IMG/VR virus record: IMGVR_UViG_2883068021_000001
Location: 20,620-84,619 of that record
Reading direction: 5' to 3' (one strand)
Source of the DNA: a virus
Taxonomy: Duplodnaviria > Caudoviricetes
Length of the DNA stretch: 64,000 nucleotides
A program made the position numbers and the translations under genes. This document shows positions 1 through 9,680 of this stretch, in pieces. The notes under the pieces are model-generated. The model saw only the letters and a program-made list of their open reading frames with translations, searched no databases and had not been told where the DNA came from. Positions within the stretch are counted from its first letter, which is position 1; every line of letters begins with the position of its first letter.

Positions 1-421
1 CTCCATCGCTCAACTTCCCGTAGTCCACGTTTATCTTTTCTCCCTGCGTGGTAACATCGGTACGCTCCACCAGGCCGTTCAATCGTTGCGTGATGCTGGG
101 GTTATAAATTCCCGCCATGCCGCCCTCGATTTGATCCTGCCTGATTTCGCGGCGTATACGCGCGCAGATACTTACGAAGGCTTCGTAACGCCCTTCGTAG
201 TTCATGAAATAGTGCGCTAGTGTGCCAATCACACCTAATCCTTCTACGTAGTTCTCAAACCCTTCGAGGGTAAGTGGCTTTTCACGACGCTTATGAACCT
301 CTACGGCATCCTTTCCGACGTAGTCATGTACCTCAAAAGGCGAAGTCTTTACCAGCTGCTTATATGCTTCAAACAGCTGGTAAAGGCGTTCGGGACTACT
401 GATGCTTTTCGGTCGTCCCAT
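1..421 (-). CDS. Terminase small subunit / DNA-packaging protein gp3-like (3' end runs off the window; absent from ORF track)
   Basis: Manual translation from ATG at 421: MGRPKSISSPERLYQLFEAYK...KPLTLEGF...QIEGGMAGIYNPSITQRLNGL, open to base 1; motifs resemble P22 gp3-type small terminases. Confidence 0.75.
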   Translation of the reverse strand, partial: MGRPKSISSPERLYQLFEAYKQLVKTSPFEVHDYVGKDAVEVHKRREKPLTLEGFENYVEGLGVIGTLAHYFMNYEGRYEAFVSICARIRREIRQDQIEGGMAGIYNPSITQRLNGLVERTDVTTQGEKINVDYGKLSDG

Positions 422-611
422 GCTTTTTAGGTTTTTGTGGTCTTACGGTGTGCGTGTAGCCCTTCGAAACCGGGGCGCGCAACGGGGAGATGATGAGGTT
501 TACCCATCCATCTTTGTCGGGAAGGGAATTGATCTGGGCAATGAATTGCTCGCGCTTGATGCCGATAAGCAATTCGCCACTGCTCTCTTTCACGTTAATT
601 CCTTGGATCAT
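396..611 (-). CDS. Hypothetical phage protein
   Basis: ORF MIQGINVKES... between the helicase and the small terminase; start chosen at the internal ATG 611. Confidence 0.45.
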   Translation of the reverse strand: MIQGINVKESSGELLIGIKREQFIAQINSLPDKDGWVNLIISPLRAPVSKGYTHTVRPQKPKKHGTTEKHQ

Positions 612-699
612 TGCCGAGTGTTTGTGAGTTACACCGGCTATAAACTGTGTGGGTAATCGGGTAGCCTGATGTAACAAAAATAGTAAAAATTTGAATTCG

Positions 700-2112
700 T
701 TATACTTTTTGCGCCACGCCGAAATATTTTTTTACCCGTGCCTTTACCGCACGCATCAACGCGTCCTGGGAATCGGCTTTATCCCCCAGCGTCACCATCA
801 CATCCTCGTCCATGGTGCCGGTGGCGACCAGGTGATGAACGATCACTGCGTTGTCCTGGCCGAGCCGATGCAGTCGGGCGTTGGCCTGCTGGTAAAGTTC
901 CAGGCTCCACGTTAACGAGAACCATACAATGATATTACCGCCAGCTTGCAGGTTGAGTCCGTGCCCCGCGCTGGCAGGATGCGCCAGGAGAACGCGGGTT
1001 TTGCCTTCGTTCCACTTACGGATGTCGTCAGAACCCTTCAACTCCTGAGGCTTATAGGCTGCCAGGTGCCTGTGAAGGCGCTGCAGGTCGTGCTTGAACC
1101 AGTAGAATACCAACACCGGCGCACCATTGGCCGACTCGATGATCTCCTCCAGTGCTTCCAGCTTTTCGGTGTGGAACTCGTGCGCCATCTTCTCCTCGTC
1201 GTATACCGCGCCGTTGGCGAACTGCAGGAGCTTGCCGGACAATGCCGCCGCATTAACCGCGGTGATCTCGTTGTTGTCAGCCAGTGCCAGCACCTGCCGA
1301 CGTTCGAACTCCTGGTACTGGTCCATGATCTTCGCCGGGAGACGCACCTGCACGAAACGATCAATGCGCTCCGGGAGTTGCAGGTAGTCCGCAGCCTTCA
1401 TGGAAATGCAGATATCGCCAATCTTGTCGTAGATCTCCTTCTCCATGATCCCAGCACCCATGATGCCGTCGTCCTTCTGGCCGTTCAGCACGTAGTCGTA
1501 CACCACGTGACCATTGCGGCGGCCAGCTGAGAAATACTCCGTTCGGAACCCGGTGATGGTTTTGCCCAGGCGCTTGCCCTGGTCCAGCAAGTATAGCTGC
1601 GGCCACAGGTCGATAATGTTATTGGGCGCCGGTGTGCCGGTCAGGATCACCACGCGGTTGATCTTCGGACGGACGGATCGTAGCACTTTGAACCGCGCCG
1701 CCTTCGGTGACTTGAAGCTGCTGGACTCGTCAATGACCAGCATATCAAACGGCCACGCTCCCCCCAGCTGGGCCACCAGCCATACAACGTTGTCGCGGTT
1801 GATGACATAGATATCGGCGGAGGCCTTCAGCGCCTGCAGGCGTTGCTTTTCTGTGCCCAGTACCCGAGAGATCCGCAGGTGTCGGAGGTGGTCCCATTTG
1901 GCACATTCGGTCGTCCAGGTATCCTCCGCCACGCGCTTCGGGGCGATCACCAGCACCCTACCGACCTCCATGTACTGCCGCATCAAACGGTCAATCGCGG
2001 TCAACGTGGACACCGTTTTGCCGAGACCCATTTCCAGGAACAACCCTGCGGCTGGGTGTTCGATGATGTGCTCGGTGGCGTGTTCCTGATAGGGGAAAGG
2101 GGCGTACTTCAT
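700..2112 (-). CDS. SNF2-family (SF2) phage helicase
   Basis: LEMGLGKT (motif I), DESS (II), LTGTP (III), HPASAGHGLNLQ (V), QANARLHRLGQ (VI). Confidence 0.92.
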   Translation of the reverse strand: MKYAPFPYQEHATEHIIEHPAAGLFLEMGLGKTVSTLTAIDRLMRQYMEVGRVLVIAPKRVAEDTWTTECAKWDHLRHLRISRVLGTEKQRLQALKASADIYVINRDNVVWLVAQLGGAWPFDMLVIDESSSFKSPKAARFKVLRSVRPKINRVVILTGTPAPNNIIDLWPQLYLLDQGKRLGKTITGFRTEYFSAGRRNGHVVYDYVLNGQKDDGIMGAGIMEKEIYDKIGDICISMKAADYLQLPERIDRFVQVRLPAKIMDQYQEFERRQVLALADNNEITAVNAAALSGKLLQFANGAVYDEEKMAHEFHTEKLEALEEIIESANGAPVLVFYWFKHDLQRLHRHLAAYKPQELKGSDDIRKWNEGKTRVLLAHPASAGHGLNLQAGGNIIVWFSLTWSLELYQQANARLHRLGQDNAVIVHHLVATGTMDEDVMVTLGDKADSQDALMRAVKARVKKYFGVAQKV

Positions 2113-2339
2113 GGCTTTTCGAAATTTACCATGTTCATTCTTTCCAAATAATCCATGACATCCGAGTCACGATCAAAACCGCCCCCGCTCCTTCCGTCTT
2201 TATGCTTGTACCCCCAATGCTCCCCATCATATCCGCCCTTTGCGATCCTGTAAATGGTAAATCCTTGTTTTTGAAAGGCGGATATTCTCCTAGCATGTGC
2301 CTTTCTTCCTTCTTCTTGTTTCTCCCTTTTACTACTCAT
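2109..2339 (-). CDS. Hypothetical phage protein
   Basis: 76-aa ORF with 4-bp overlaps to both neighbours. Confidence 0.6.
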   Translation of the reverse strand: MSSKREKQEEGRKAHARRISAFQKQGFTIYRIAKGGYDGEHWGYKHKDGRSGGGFDRDSDVMDYLERMNMVNFEKP

Positions 2340-2617
2340 AACTCAATGATTTTAAAAAAGTTCTGTAATGTTTCTTCATCCCATATCACCGTCACTTCAA
2401 AGCCCATCCGGCGGAGTTTGCGATGAACCGTCTGCTGGCGTGGGCTCAGTGATCCGCCTGGCGCCTTCATCTCTACGATCCAGAACCGGCCGCCGGGCAT
2501 CAGGACAATCCGGTCAGGAAAGCCGGTGAACATCAGGATGAAAATTTTGATCGCCAGTCCGCCCAGTTTCTTCACACGTTCACGGAGTCGGGTTTCGAGT
2601 TTTGATTCTTGTGCCAT
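2336..2617 (-). CDS. VRR-NUC domain nuclease
   Basis: GFPDRIVL...VEMKAPGG..SPRQ PD-(D/E)xK motif; likely start MAQESK at 2617, because the longer track start runs through the iterons. Confidence 0.88.
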   Translation of the reverse strand: MAQESKLETRLRERVKKLGGLAIKIFILMFTGFPDRIVLMPGGRFWIVEMKAPGGSLSPRQQTVHRKLRRMGFEVTVIWDEETLQNFFKIIEL

Positions 2618-2626
2618 TTTCAGGTT

Positions 2627-2860
2627 TGTTGCCACTGTTCCACTGTTACCACAAATTCCCATACATTCTATTACGCGTGTTTAGGCGAGTGTTATTCTTA
2701 TCTACATCCCCTAATTAACCTTTTCGATAAGTTATAGTATTTCGTGGTAACAGTGGTAACAATTGGTTAGGATTCCTTACTGTATTGTCTTTCGATGTTA
2801 CCACGACTTATTTTTCGTGGTAACATTCGTGGTAACAGTGGTAACATCATCTGTTACCAC
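2627..2860. repeat. Iteron cluster TGTTACCAC/GTGGTAACA, candidate phage replication origin
   Basis: Exact 9-mers start at 2644, 2744, 2753, 2796, 2817, 2829, 2838 and 2852, in both orientations; degenerate copies at 2627 and 2636; AT-rich spacer 2653-2743. Confidence 0.75.
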
Positions 2861-5272
2861 GAAATCAGTTCTCACGTAGCCTTTTTGTAAACCATAGAAG
2901 CCAAATCGTGACTTCGCCGACCTACATTCATCCCACCCCTTCATTGCCCGCATCATGTCGTGTACTTCCTTCGTGTTGTATTTGTTCATCTCCTTCTGCT
3001 GCCCTCCCAGCACCTCGCACCATATCTCCGCCACGCAGACACGGGTGCGTTGGTGAGTGCCTGGCGCCGCCAGTTCATCGCCAGCCAGGAACGCGCGGCG
3101 CTGGTAGATGTCCATTTGCTCCCAGTTGTCCGGCAGCAGGGTGTCCAGGTACCGGGCGATCATACCGGCGCGCTCGTCGTGCTCGGCGTGTTCCGCCTGC
3201 ACGGCAGTGGCCATGTCTTCGATCTCCTTGGGAAGGAATAACGGCTCCCCGGCCCTGTACAACTCCATCGCCTCTGCCCATACCTGCCCTCTCTCCTCTT
3301 CGGTAAGGTGAACGAATACGTCTTTGGTTGGCGGCGTGACGTGGATATCGACAGGCCAGAACCGGCGGTTACCCGTCGGGTCACGCAGGAAGTTGCGGTT
3401 GTTGCTGGTGCCCCACAGGATGCACTGCCGAGGGAAGTCCTCCACGCGCCGGCCATAGGCTACCCGGTAGCGGTCTACCCGCTTGCTGATGAAGTGCTTT
3501 ACGATTTCCACCTCCGCGCGTTTAAGCCCGGCGAGCTCCGCCATTTCAAGGATCCATACACCCTGTACGGCTTCATAAGCATCTTTTCCCTGCACCGTGG
3601 TGAGCGAATCGGAATACCATGCGCCGCCGAGGGCATCGATCAGTGAGGATTTCTTCTTTCCCTGTGGGCCAACAGTTACGATCATGTAGTCGAACTTGGC
3701 GCCGGGGCGGAAAATGCGGGTGACTGCGGCAACCAGCACTTTACGGATTACAGTGCGTACATAGATATTATCCTCGGCGCCCAGGTAGTCGATCAGCAGC
3801 TGGTCCACACGAGGCACGCCGTCCCATTTCAACCCCTCCAGGTATTGCCGTACCGGGTGGAAGCCGTTGGCGGCGGTAACCAGGTTCATACCGTCCTGCA
3901 CCTTCTGCACGCCGGTGATATTGTACACGCTTTCCAGGTAGTGCCTCACGCCGGCGTCGTCCACATCCGTGAGGTAGGCGGTCTGCGGGGTGACTTTGCG
4001 CCACGGCAGGTTCTTCAGCGCCACCTCGCGGCGCTCGAACTGGTTAAGGGCGAAGCGGCCTTTGAGTGCCGGGTCGTTCTGCAGCACCCGCATGATGTTG
4101 TCGATGGTGGAGTAGTAATTACCCTTCTTGTCCACGTCCATATCCGCCAACCATTCATCACTGGCAGGCTCGGCATCCAACTCCTGCAGGTCGTCGGAAA
4201 AGTCGGCATGCGCCTCCCCAAGCCGTTCGGCACCTAATTGCCGGCGCACCTGGGGGTCTTTGGCCGCGAGCTCCTGCATGGCGAGGAACGACGGTAGCTT
4301 ATTGGACGGGGTGTCTTCCCGTGCATCTTCATCCTGCAGGCCGAACCGGTGCAGGCGCACCAGGTCGAACGCGTTGCATAGCTTGCCGCTGGTCGGGTCA
4401 GTCCCGTGGTGACTGTAGGCGTATTTATCATCATACACCACCAGCCCGGCGCTGGTGCTTCCTTCCTTGTAGGTAAAGCGGTCGGCTACGTCGCAGGTAT
4501 CGTACACATCCGACAGGTAAACCTCAATAGCCTCGCCGATGGAGTACGTCCGGCAGAATGCACCAATAATGCCCGGCTTCAGCAACGGGTCGCCCTGCTT
4601 GCGCAGTTCGCGGAGCGTAATATCCGATTCGCGGCTGCTGGTCGGCCATTCGCTGCTGTCGCGCCAGTCGCGGTACGACGCCAGCACATCGTCGGCACAA
4701 AGCCAGGGGCCGTCCTGGTGCTCGAAGCGGTAAACCCCATCCTTCGCCGTGGAGGGCCAGTACATGAGCCGCTCCGGTTGGTAAGTAGTGGGATCGAATA
4801 ACTCGATGCCGACCATCCCGGCCACCCGCCGCGCGATCGCAACATATTCGTCCGGGCCGACTTCACGATCCAGCGGCAGGATAAGCCGTAGGCGCGGCGC
4901 TTCCGGGGAATGCTTGTGCGTGCTGTAGAGCGCCGCAGCATTGTCGTGCAGCAGGGTGAATTCGTCCCACACCCCCTGTGTAGCAAAGTCCAGGTCGAGA
5001 GTAAGCAACTGGCGGTGCACGACCGTGCCGGCCTTACGCCGGCCACCAGCCAGGTAGCCGCCAACGAATCCCCCGATATCTTTTATTTCATCTTGCCGCG
5101 ACTTCTTCGCCTTCAGGTACTCCTGGTAGGTCTCCGTTGTTCGGTGGGTGGCGGAGAGCTTCGCCACCAGGTCAGACCATAGCACCTGCTTGTTCTTCCA
5201 ATTCCGCTCCATCCGGTAGCGGCCAGTGGCGATATCCAGCTGGCCGTCATATTGCATAGTCTGTGATGTCAT
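2798..5272 (-). CDS. Primase-like/VapE (virulence-associated E) helicase
   Basis: N-terminal LDLD/YSTHKH primase-like motifs; GPQGKKKS Walker A; WILEMAEL; RRFWPV. Confidence 0.88.
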   Translation of the reverse strand: MTSQTMQYDGQLDIATGRYRMERNWKNKQVLWSDLVAKLSATHRTTETYQEYLKAKKSRQDEIKDIGGFVGGYLAGGRRKAGTVVHRQLLTLDLDFATQGVWDEFTLLHDNAAALYSTHKHSPEAPRLRLILPLDREVGPDEYVAIARRVAGMVGIELFDPTTYQPERLMYWPSTAKDGVYRFEHQDGPWLCADDVLASYRDWRDSSEWPTSSRESDITLRELRKQGDPLLKPGIIGAFCRTYSIGEAIEVYLSDVYDTCDVADRFTYKEGSTSAGLVVYDDKYAYSHHGTDPTSGKLCNAFDLVRLHRFGLQDEDAREDTPSNKLPSFLAMQELAAKDPQVRRQLGAERLGEAHADFSDDLQELDAEPASDEWLADMDVDKKGNYYSTIDNIMRVLQNDPALKGRFALNQFERREVALKNLPWRKVTPQTAYLTDVDDAGVRHYLESVYNITGVQKVQDGMNLVTAANGFHPVRQYLEGLKWDGVPRVDQLLIDYLGAEDNIYVRTVIRKVLVAAVTRIFRPGAKFDYMIVTVGPQGKKKSSLIDALGGAWYSDSLTTVQGKDAYEAVQGVWILEMAELAGLKRAEVEIVKHFISKRVDRYRVAYGRRVEDFPRQCILWGTSNNRNFLRDPTGNRRFWPVDIHVTPPTKDVFVHLTEEERGQVWAEAMELYRAGEPLFLPKEIEDMATAVQAEHAEHDERAGMIARYLDTLLPDNWEQMDIYQRRAFLAGDELAAPGTHQRTRVCVAEIWCEVLGGQQKEMNKYNTKEVHDMMRAMKGWDECRSAKSRFGFYGLQKGYVRTDFVVTDDVTTVTTNVTTKNKSW

Positions 5273-5284
5273 GTTTGTTTGGGT

Positions 5285-5590
5285 TTATTCCTCGCTGCCG
5301 GCAATTCCCATAGGCGATTTATTGCTGTAGGTTCCTGCAGGACGTTCGATTTTACGAATGCCATCCTCGTCAAGCTGCAGGAACTTCGTGGGCGCCTCGT
5401 GGCGTTGCCCGGTCAGCTTGGCGTATAGAACCTCTGTCTTTGCGGACTCCACGATAACCTTGCCTACGTCTGAAATCGCTTTGGAGCGCTCGATCTCGGT
5501 GTTGAGCTCCTCTGGGGTCATGTTCTCGTTGGCAAGCCGTTCGAGCGCGGCGAACATGTGATCACGCAGGTCACTGATTTTGTTTTTCAT
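5285..5590 (-). CDS. Hypothetical phage protein (partner of the HNH protein)
   Basis: 101-aa ORF overlapping the end of the HNH gene. Confidence 0.65.
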   Translation of the reverse strand: MKNKISDLRDHMFAALERLANENMTPEELNTEIERSKAISDVGKVIVESAKTEVLYAKLTGQRHEAPTKFLQLDEDGIRKIERPAGTYSNKSPMGIAGSEE

Positions 5591-6206
5591 CTTTCAACTG
5601 TTTAATGCGTTTGTTAATCTGACGGTTGAGTACGCCGCGAAGCTGTACGGTCTGCACAATCGGTTTCGGAAGGTTGTGAACGGAGTTGCGTTGCATGAGC
5701 TCGCGGCAGGAAACGGCTTCCAGGTTCTCAGGGCGGTAATCCATCGTATCGCCGTTCTTGAAGATCACTTTCAGTCCTCTGGCCAACGGGCCGTTTTCTT
5801 TCTCCCATACGTACCGCTGAAGGGGTATCCATACGGATTGCGAGACCCGGATGAATTTATATGGCACGCCACGCTTATCGTTTCGTACAGTAATTGCCAT
5901 ATCATACAAGGTATTCGGGGGCAGTTGGCCCTTTTTGAAGCGGTTTTTCGCTGACCGTGCGATACCTTCCGGGCTGCAGTACTCCGATTGCTTCCGTCCT
6001 TTATTGAATGAGACCTGCCCTTTCTTGAACTGACTTTCTTTCCGAAATCGCTCAATCACTTCCGGCGGAGCCACCAGCCCCAGCAACGCCATTCGCTGCC
6101 GCGCAGCGCTTTCCGATCGCCCCAAAAGGATCGACATCCGTTTTGCCGGCACGGTCAGGTAATTCTTACGTAAAAAATCGTCTTCCTCTGGCGTGAACTT
6201 TCTCAT
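5571..6206 (-). CDS. HNH endonuclease-like protein (degenerate HNH_3 motif)
   Basis: QRYVWEKENG...VIFKNGDTMDYRPENLEAVS; N-terminal FTPEED HTH and FKKG repeats. Confidence 0.75.
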   Translation of the reverse strand: MRKFTPEEDDFLRKNYLTVPAKRMSILLGRSESAARQRMALLGLVAPPEVIERFRKESQFKKGQVSFNKGRKQSEYCSPEGIARSAKNRFKKGQLPPNTLYDMAITVRNDKRGVPYKFIRVSQSVWIPLQRYVWEKENGPLARGLKVIFKNGDTMDYRPENLEAVSCRELMQRNSVHNLPKPIVQTVQLRGVLNRQINKRIKQLKDEKQNQ

Positions 6207-6517
6207 GGCTTATCCTTTTCCAGTGTCTGAATCTCCCGGTTGATGTACCAGATCGCTTTCTGCAGATCCTCGACATGCTTCGCAGGATCTTTACGCCCGG
6301 CACGGCACAGGTACTTCACCGCATTGCCGATGCGGTAATTGAACCCCTGGTCTTCGATGAAGTCGATGACTTCAATGGCGCCGGCCGTATAATGACCGGG
6401 GCGGTTGACGAAGTCATTTTCCGGGCTACACTGTTTTCCCTGCGCGTCTCTTTGCGCAGCGCGTTCAATGGCGCGCTGAAGATTCTCTAACCCCGTATCT
6501 TTAAAAAATATTTTCAT
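6203..6517 (-). CDS. DUF3310 (nucleotide-kinase-like) phage protein
   Basis: VNRPGHYTAGAIEVIDFI...GNAVKYLCRAGRK...EDLQKAIWY. Confidence 0.85.
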   Translation of the reverse strand: MKIFFKDTGLENLQRAIERAAQRDAQGKQCSPENDFVNRPGHYTAGAIEVIDFIEDQGFNYRIGNAVKYLCRAGRKDPAKHVEDLQKAIWYINREIQTLEKDKP

Positions 6518-6518
6518 G

Positions 6519-8468
6519 TCAATCCTTTTTATAAAATGAAGTTTCAAAGCTCTCCGCTTTCAGCGGCAGTCCGGGCGCCCAGTCGATGGGCATGCCCATA
6601 ATTTCGTTTACTTTCTCCGTGGAGCTGGCAGTGTCGGGAACCTCCAGCACGACCTCATCATGAACGTGCATTACGATCCGGTACCCGGCGTCCGATAGCC
6701 GCAGCATAGCTACGGCGAGGCAGTCGCGGGCTACGGCCTGCACGATGTTCTCGACCAGCTTGCCGCCATAGGTCTCCTGCATGCCCCACTTCTTTGTGGT
6801 CTGATCCATCCCCTCGTAAGCGAGCACGGTACCACCGTACTTTCCCGGGCGAAGCTGCGGGTGTACATACGCCAGGCGCCGGCCACTGGGCAGCTGGATG
6901 AAAAGGATATTGCGTTCCATACGGAGGACGATGCCATGACTGATGGTTACAGGCTGGCCGAACTCAACAGCCTCGATCGCGGCGTTCCCCACACAGTCCC
7001 AGTACCGCACGATCGCCTTATTGGCCTGGCGCCACATAGCCACCAGCCGTGGCAGCTCTTCCTCGACAATGCCCATTTTCAGTGCTCCCATCTTGATAAG
7101 CGCGTTCGGCCCTCCCTGGTAGCCCAGCGCCAACTCGGACACTTTTCCCTTCTGGCGCAGGTCGGAGCCCTTCGTAACACTCTCCAGCGGCACGCCGAAC
7201 ATCTGGGCGGCGGAGGCCTCGTAAATTTTCCCGTGGGTGGCAAAAACGCCCAGCCGCCACTTCTCCCCTGCCAGCCATGCGATAACGCGCGCTTCGATGG
7301 CGGAGAAATCGGCTACCAGCAGTTTGTGGCCTTTCGGCGCGATAAAGGCGGTGCGGATAAGTTGCGAAAGCGCGTCCGGCACGTTCCCGAAAAGCAGCTC
7401 CAACCCGCCAAGGTTATCTTGTCGCACCATCTCGCGGGCCAGCTCCAGATCGGACATTTCGTTACGCGGCAGGTTATGCACCTGCACCAGGCGCCCGGCC
7501 CACCGACCCGTTCGGTTCGCCCCACCGAACTGCAGCAGCCCCCGCACGCGGCGGTCAGCGCACACGCATGCTGCGATAGCCTTGTACTTTTTCACAGATG
7601 TCTTTGCCATTTCCTGCCGAATCTGCAGCACGCGCTGCACGGCTTCTTTATCGGTCGCCTGCAGCAGAGCGGGGATATCATCCTTACGGAGGGTTTCCAC
7701 TTCGCTGTCCATCTCCTTCCCTAACCAGTCTTTGAGCTGGGTGGCGCTGTTGGGATTATCGAGCCCCGTGATCCGCACCGCCTCCTCGGTCAGCGTCTCT
7801 TTGTAGGCAAGATCCTGCCGGATGGCGTTGCGCACCAGCAGGGTGTCCACCAGGATCCCGTTGTCGTTGATGTACTGGTCCAGTTGCCAGAGGCGGCGTT
7901 CCTGATCGGGGATCTGGAAAGCAGACAGCTTGCCGCGGATTGCCAGCTCGACGCGAACGTCCTGCAGGTTGTAAGACTTGTATTTTTCCCACCGCTCAGG
8001 GTCGTGCTCCGGGAGGTTACGGGTGCGGCCACCATTGGTTTTGGTCGGTTTGCAGGGTAGCGAGAAGTAGCGGATAAGCGCTTTGCCGGCCGCGTCTTTC
8101 TCTGCATCCAGCTTCAACGCTTTTGCTGCAGCATCCAGCGATAGCGGCAGGCCGAGCATGGCGACCTTCACCATTGTACACTCCCACTGCTCCGGCGGCA
8201 TTGGCAGGCCGAAATATTTGGCCATACATGTGCGTTCGAAAACCGCGTTATGGGCGGTTTTCAGCACCGCAGGTGAGGTAAGCGCATCAAGGATGTCGAC
8301 TGGCAGCGTGTCGCCTGCCAGCAGATCAACGCACATAGGTTCGCCGCCATCGATGGCGTAGGAAAGCAGCAGGATCTCAAAGTCCAGAGCCTCCACGTAC
8401 TTGTGAACGCCTGACTTTGTCAGATCGGTAGAGGAAAAGGTTTCTATATCTATGGCCAGCGTACGCAT
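6519..8468 (-). CDS. Phage DNA polymerase, family A
   Basis: DIET exonuclease motif; ADFSAIEAR motif A; RQKGKVSELALGY motif B; MHVHDE motif C. Confidence 0.95.
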   Translation of the reverse strand: MRTLAIDIETFSSTDLTKSGVHKYVEALDFEILLLSYAIDGGEPMCVDLLAGDTLPVDILDALTSPAVLKTAHNAVFERTCMAKYFGLPMPPEQWECTMVKVAMLGLPLSLDAAAKALKLDAEKDAAGKALIRYFSLPCKPTKTNGGRTRNLPEHDPERWEKYKSYNLQDVRVELAIRGKLSAFQIPDQERRLWQLDQYINDNGILVDTLLVRNAIRQDLAYKETLTEEAVRITGLDNPNSATQLKDWLGKEMDSEVETLRKDDIPALLQATDKEAVQRVLQIRQEMAKTSVKKYKAIAACVCADRRVRGLLQFGGANRTGRWAGRLVQVHNLPRNEMSDLELAREMVRQDNLGGLELLFGNVPDALSQLIRTAFIAPKGHKLLVADFSAIEARVIAWLAGEKWRLGVFATHGKIYEASAAQMFGVPLESVTKGSDLRQKGKVSELALGYQGGPNALIKMGALKMGIVEEELPRLVAMWRQANKAIVRYWDCVGNAAIEAVEFGQPVTISHGIVLRMERNILFIQLPSGRRLAYVHPQLRPGKYGGTVLAYEGMDQTTKKWGMQETYGGKLVENIVQAVARDCLAVAMLRLSDAGYRIVMHVHDEVVLEVPDTASSTEKVNEIMGMPIDWAPGLPLKAESFETSFYKKD

Positions 8469-8656
8469 CAGCGTTTTACTTTTGCGGCTTCCTTGTTCAG
8501 GATATCCAGGTTATCGAGGATGTACCCTTTTACACCCGGGTGATCGATTCCGGCATTGAGCAAGTAAAGCAGGTACGGTGCGGGCACATTGGCCATGGCT
8601 TTGCCCCGATGTTTGCCAAATGGCATCAGGTCACGGTCGGTGAAAGCGTTTTGCAT
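8468..8656 (-). CDS. DUF3820/QSregVF_b-like small protein
   Basis: MPFGKHRGKAMANVPAPYL motif. Confidence 0.7.
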   Translation of the reverse strand: MQNAFTDRDLMPFGKHRGKAMANVPAPYLLYLLNAGIDHPGVKGYILDNLDILNKEAAKVKR

Positions 8657-8666
8657 ATCAATAGAT

Positions 8667-9041
8667 TTAAAGAGAAATGGAGATGCCGGCGTCTGCCAGC
8701 TGTTTAATATGGTGCATCCGCGCAGCCTCCTTATGGGCTACGATCACACCGAGGATCTGGAGAGCTTCTACCTCCGTGATATTGAAGTGGAAATCTTCGG
8801 AAGGCGGGGCTTTTCGTATAAAGGTTGACATGAGACCTTCCATAAGCCCGCCGATAGGGAATGCCATAGGGTTGGCTGCTCCATCAAAATGTTCGACAGG
8901 CGCTGCTTTTGGAAGAACTAACTTCAAACCGATTACAGCATCCAGATCTTTCAACCTGGTGGCGCAACGTTGCAGTTTGCGGATATCAGTATCCAATCCG
9001 CTAATCTGTTGCATAAGTCTTTGAATATCTTCGAATTGCAT
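8667..9041 (-). CDS. Hypothetical phage protein
   Basis: 124-aa ORF in the operon. Confidence 0.6.
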   Translation of the reverse strand: MQFEDIQRLMQQISGLDTDIRKLQRCATRLKDLDAVIGLKLVLPKAAPVEHFDGAANPMAFPIGGLMEGLMSTFIRKAPPSEDFHFNITEVEALQILGVIVAHKEAARMHHIKQLADAGISISL

Positions 9042-9080
9042 ACGAGGAGGTTTTAAGGCTGGGGCCGAAGCCCCAGCAGG

Positions 9081-9656
9081 TTAATCAAGCAAGTCTCCGT
9101 CATCCATTGGGAGATCATCAGAAAAATCGTCTTCCGCACGGCTACGACCACCCAGGTGCTCCCCGTCGCGGAGCTTCTGCAGGTTGTTCAGGCCGCAGGC
9201 GATGCCCTTATTCCCTTTGGTATCAAAAGCGTAAAAATTGATACTGGCACGACCATAACAGCCACTGTAGAGTTGCGCGGGATCCGTGATCGGCAACGGT
9301 TTACCGTCCTTATCCTTCAGCGGCCCCACGACACCAGGCTGCGGTTTGCAGTTGGCGTTGAGGAAATAACTGTTGGCATACGCTTCGTCGTCAGGGCGTT
9401 CTTCATCGCCATCGCGCAGCGGTAGCTTAAATTTGGCCGGCAGTTTGCCGCCGTTCTTTGCCTTCACCTGCGCTTTAATGGCTTCCACCGCCGCGTTGAT
9501 CTTGTCAACTGTCTCGTTGTCCGATTTGGGGATGATGAGGGAAACAGAAAACTTCTTCTCCTGCCCTTCTTCCAGGGCGACGGCTTCAAATACATGTACG
9601 TAGCTGAAGCGCACAAGGCCGGTAATCACTTTGCCGGGATTGGTTGTAGTTGTCAT
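9081..9656 (-). CDS. DUF2815 single-stranded DNA-binding protein
   Basis: VRFSYVHVFE, LPLRDGDEER, YSGCYGR, NKGIACGLNNLQKLRDGE, acidic tail. Confidence 0.9.
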   Translation of the reverse strand: MTTTTNPGKVITGLVRFSYVHVFEAVALEEGQEKKFSVSLIIPKSDNETVDKINAAVEAIKAQVKAKNGGKLPAKFKLPLRDGDEERPDDEAYANSYFLNANCKPQPGVVGPLKDKDGKPLPITDPAQLYSGCYGRASINFYAFDTKGNKGIACGLNNLQKLRDGEHLGGRSRAEDDFSDDLPMDDGDLLD

Positions 9657-9680
9657 TGTTAAATATTGGTTTTGAATCAA

